Source of the DNA: Candidatus Aenigmatarchaeota archaeon
Lineage (GTDB): Archaea; Aenigmatarchaeota; Aenigmatarchaeia; CG10238-14; SpSt-28
Reading direction: 5' to 3'
NCBI GenBank assembly: GCA_032249395.1
Contig: JAVVFY010000010.1
Coordinates: 1-28,335 of the forward strand
DNA length: 28,335 bases
Shown here: piece after piece, positions 25,950 to 28,335 of the stretch
Position numbering within the stretch: position 1 is the first letter of the stretch
How the letters are laid out: each line of letters opens with the position of its first letter
Position numbers and translations under genes: made by a program
The notes under the pieces: model-generated
What the model was told of the DNA's origin: nothing
The model's database searches: none
The model's input: the letters and a program-made list of their open reading frames with translations, nothing else

Positions 25950-26879
25950 ATGATAGAAAAAATGATATCCCATTTGAAAGAAATAAAACCTATACTTAAA
26001 GTACAAACTCTGATGCTAAAGGAAATGCAATCCTTTATGATTGAAAGAGGTTTTCTACAAATAATGCCAGTAATAACTTCAAAATTTACCGATCCTTTAG
26101 CTCCCGATCCTTCTTCTAGTGTTATTTTTACTCCAACATTCGAATATTATTCCCAAAAGCTAATGATAACACAAAGCATGATTTTGCATAAGCAACTTTC
26201 TCTTTTAGCAACAGACAAAATATTTACTTTTTCTCCAAACGTTAGATTGGAAAGAATGGAGAAAAATGGAACTGGAAGGCATGCGTTTGAATTTACTCAA
26301 ATGGATTTTGAGATTGCATATGCAAAGATGAAAGATGTAATGGATTTGGTTGAGGACTTGGTAATTCATCTAATCAAGAAAGTTAAAGAAGAATGTAAAG
26401 AGGAGTTAGAAGTTTTAGGAAGAGAATTAAAAGTTCCTTCAAAGCCATTCAAGATTTACAGATATTCGGAAGTTCTAGAAAAATTTGGTAGCGATGATGT
26501 TATGAGTGCAAAAGAAAAAGAACCGTTCTGGATTATTGACATAAAGAGAGAGTTCTACGATAAGGAAGATGAAACAAATCCTGGTCATTTTCTAAACTAT
26601 GATTTGATTTTGCCAGAAGGATATGGAGAAGTTTTGTCTGGAGGGGAAAGAGAACATAAATATGAGAGAATCATAAATAGGATGAAAGAGTTAGAAAAAG
26701 AGGGTAGAGACTATTCTACGTTCAAGAACTATCTAGAAGTTGCTAAAATGGGCTTATTGAAACCAAGCGCTGGGGGAGGAATTGGTGTTGAAAGGTTATT
26801 AAGATTTTTATGTGGAAAGAAACATATAAAAGAAGTCCAGTTATTTCCAAGAATTCCTGGTGAGGAAGTAATTTTCTAG
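25950..26879 (+). CDS. asnA: Archaeal-type asparagine synthetase A (AsnRS/AspRS catalytic-core paralog without anticodon domain)
   Basis: 309 aa with TQSMILHKQ, SPNVRLE, RHAFEFTQMDFE, EVLSGGERE and GGGIGVERL. No N-terminal OB fold. Confidence 0.9.
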   Translation: MIEKMISHLKEIKPILKVQTLMLKEMQSFMIERGFLQIMPVITSKFTDPLAPDPSSSVIFTPTFEYYSQKLMITQSMILHKQLSLLATDKIFTFSPNVRLERMEKNGTGRHAFEFTQMDFEIAYAKMKDVMDLVEDLVIHLIKKVKEECKEELEVLGRELKVPSKPFKIYRYSEVLEKFGSDDVMSAKEKEPFWIIDIKREFYDKEDETNPGHFLNYDLILPEGYGEVLSGGEREHKYERIINRMKELEKEGRDYSTFKNYLEVAKMGLLKPSAGGGIGVERLLRFLCGKKHIKEVQLFPRIPGEEVIF

Positions 26880-26916
26880 CTTTTTGCTCTTTACTCTAAG
26901 CTTCTTAATAAATCTT

Positions 26917-27150
26917 ATGGAAAATGAATAGATTTTAGAAAAATCAAAAGAAGTTTTTAGAAATTGTAGCTTATCAAACGGGTAGAAAAAGAAAAAGCAT
27001 TGAAATACTACAATTGGGTTAATGAAAAAAGTTTATGGTTATTTGTCCTAGCAAATAAAAGACGATAAACAAGCTTCTATCATTCCTATAGCTTGTAGCC
27101 ATGCAATGTTTGTTATTGAATCAAACTTTCTTGTAACGCTAGAACAATAA
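26917..27150 (+). pseudogene. Internally deleted glycoside hydrolase family 15 (glucoamylase-like) remnant
   Basis: MENE*ILEKSKEVFRNCSLSNG joins EKALKYYNWVNEK / VYGYLS*QIKDDKQASIIPIACSHAMFVI, echoing the GH15 C-terminal GxLxEQ...PLxWSHA motif. Confidence 0.7.
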
Positions 27151-27151
27151 T

Positions 27152-28335
27152 TTATAACACCTTTAAATCATGAGCCTTGCTTTCTTTAATTCCTGCTTCA
27201 GTAACTTTTATGAAAATTGCATTTTTTTGCAATTCTTTTATGTTTCTAGCACCAACATAACTCATTCCTGATCTTAAACCGCCAACCAATTGATGAATTA
27301 CTTCAGCCACTGTTCCTCTGTACTCCACTAAACCCTCTACTCCTTCAGACACATAGGCCTCAATTTCTTCTTCATCAAATCTTCCTTCTCTCTCCAATTT
27401 TCCAGAATAAGCAGCATGAGATGCCATTCCTCTGTAAAGCTTATACTTTCTTCCCTTCCTTATTATTGTTGCTCCGGGACTTTCTTCAGTGCCAGCTAAC
27501 AAATTTCCTATCATTACTGTTGATGCTCCGGCGGCTAAAGCTTTAACAATATCTCCAGATCTCCTTATACCACCATCAGCTATTATTGGAATATCATATC
27601 TAGAAGCGGCTTCGGCACATTCAATTATTGCAGTTAATTGTGGAACACCAACTCCAGCAACTAGTCTAGTTATGCAGCTGCTTCCTGGACCAATACCAAC
27701 TCTTATAGCATCTGCCCCGGCGCTTGCTAAAGCTTCTACCCCTTCTGCTGTAGCAACATTCCCAGCAATTACCTCTATATCAAACTCTCTTTTGATGTCT
27801 TTAACTGCTTTTCGAACACTTTCTGTATAGCCATTCGCAACATCAATAACAATAAAATCTGCTTCGGCTTCCAACAGCTTTTCTACATGTTTTATATAAT
27901 CCTCTCTCACACCAACTGCAGCTCCAACCATTAAACGACCTTTCTTATCTTTTGAAGCAAATGGAAACTTCTCTAAATTTGAAATATCTTTCATTGTAAT
28001 TAAACCTCTTATAACGTTTTTTTCGTCAACCAAAGGCAGTTTTTCTATTTTATGAGCTTTCAATATTTCTCTTGCTTCTTCAATACTAATCCCTGGCTTA
28101 GCTGTAACTAACTTTTCTCTTGGTGTCATAACCTCAGAAATTTTCTTTTTCCCATCCTCAAATACAATATCCCTATAAGTCACTATACCAACCAAACGAT
28201 TTAATTCATCTGCTACCAAAAAACTGTTTACTTTGTATTGTCTTGACATCTTACGCATATCATCTATAGTTGCGTTCGGAGAAATTGTGTAAGGTTTTTC
28301 GATGATTATTCCCTCTGATCTTTTAACCTCTATAA
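27152..28335 (-). CDS. guaB: IMP dehydrogenase with CBS domains; 5' end lies outside the window
   Basis: [11 protein letters not shown] (catalytic Cys loop), IIADGGI, YRGMAS, SEGVEG and GLRSGMSY. The frame stays open to the edge ([15 protein letters not shown]). Confidence 0.95.
   Translation of the reverse strand, partial: IEVKRSEGIIIEKPYTISPNATIDDMRKMSRQYKVNSFLVADELNRLVGIVTYRDIVFEDGKKKISEVMTPREKLVTAKPGISIEEAREILKAHKIEKLPLVDEKNVIRGLITMKDISNLEKFPFASKDKKGRLMVGAAVGVREDYIKHVEKLLEAEADFIVIDVANGYTESVRKAVKDIKREFDIEVIAGNVATAEGVEALASAGADAIRVGIGPGSSCITRLVAGVGVPQLTAIIECAEAASRYDIPIIADGGIRRSGDIVKALAAGASTVMIGNLLAGTEESPGATIIRKGRKYKLYRGMASHAAYSGKLEREGRFDEEEIEAYVSEGVEGLVEYRGTVAEVIHQLVGGLRSGMSYVGARNIKELQKNAIFIKVTEAGIKESKAHDLKVL

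Noticed and set aside
25950..26879. Asparaginyl- or aspartyl-tRNA synthetase call
   Set aside because: It lacks the anticodon-binding domain, and its length and motifs fit archaeal asparagine synthetase A.
2458..27830. Other short antisense or nested track ORFs (for example 2458, 3128, 4841, 7820, 14731, 15947, 25182, 27489)
   Set aside because: All lie opposite or within well-supported genes and show no independent motifs.

Overview
AT-rich archaeal chromosome segment, probably from a thermophilic small-genome DPANN-type lineage (inferred from reverse gyrase, archaeal-type asparagine synthetase, an AglH-type transferase and TATA boxes about 20 nt upstream of start codons). The left two-thirds is a surface-glycosylation locus: a possible AglB 3' end, four GT4, two GT2, a GT-C membrane protein, a methyltransferase, AglH and a flippase. 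It surrounds a 1458-aa sequon-rich surface protein whose gingipain (C25)-like core appears to have lost its His/Cys dyad. One intact and two decayed AAA+ ATPase genes are interleaved, each with its own palindrome between TATA box and start codon. The right third holds reverse gyrase, a fusion of a degenerate adenylate-kinase-like domain to a nucleoside 2-deoxyribosyltransferase-like domain, an NDP-sugar epimerase with YxxxR, a divergent Lrp/AsnC-asnA pair, a GH15 remnant and IMPDH (cut by the window edge). Several intergenic gaps are unannotated gene remnants. No CRISPR array, RNA gene or transposase was recognised. All family calls come from motif recognition by eye; no searches were run.
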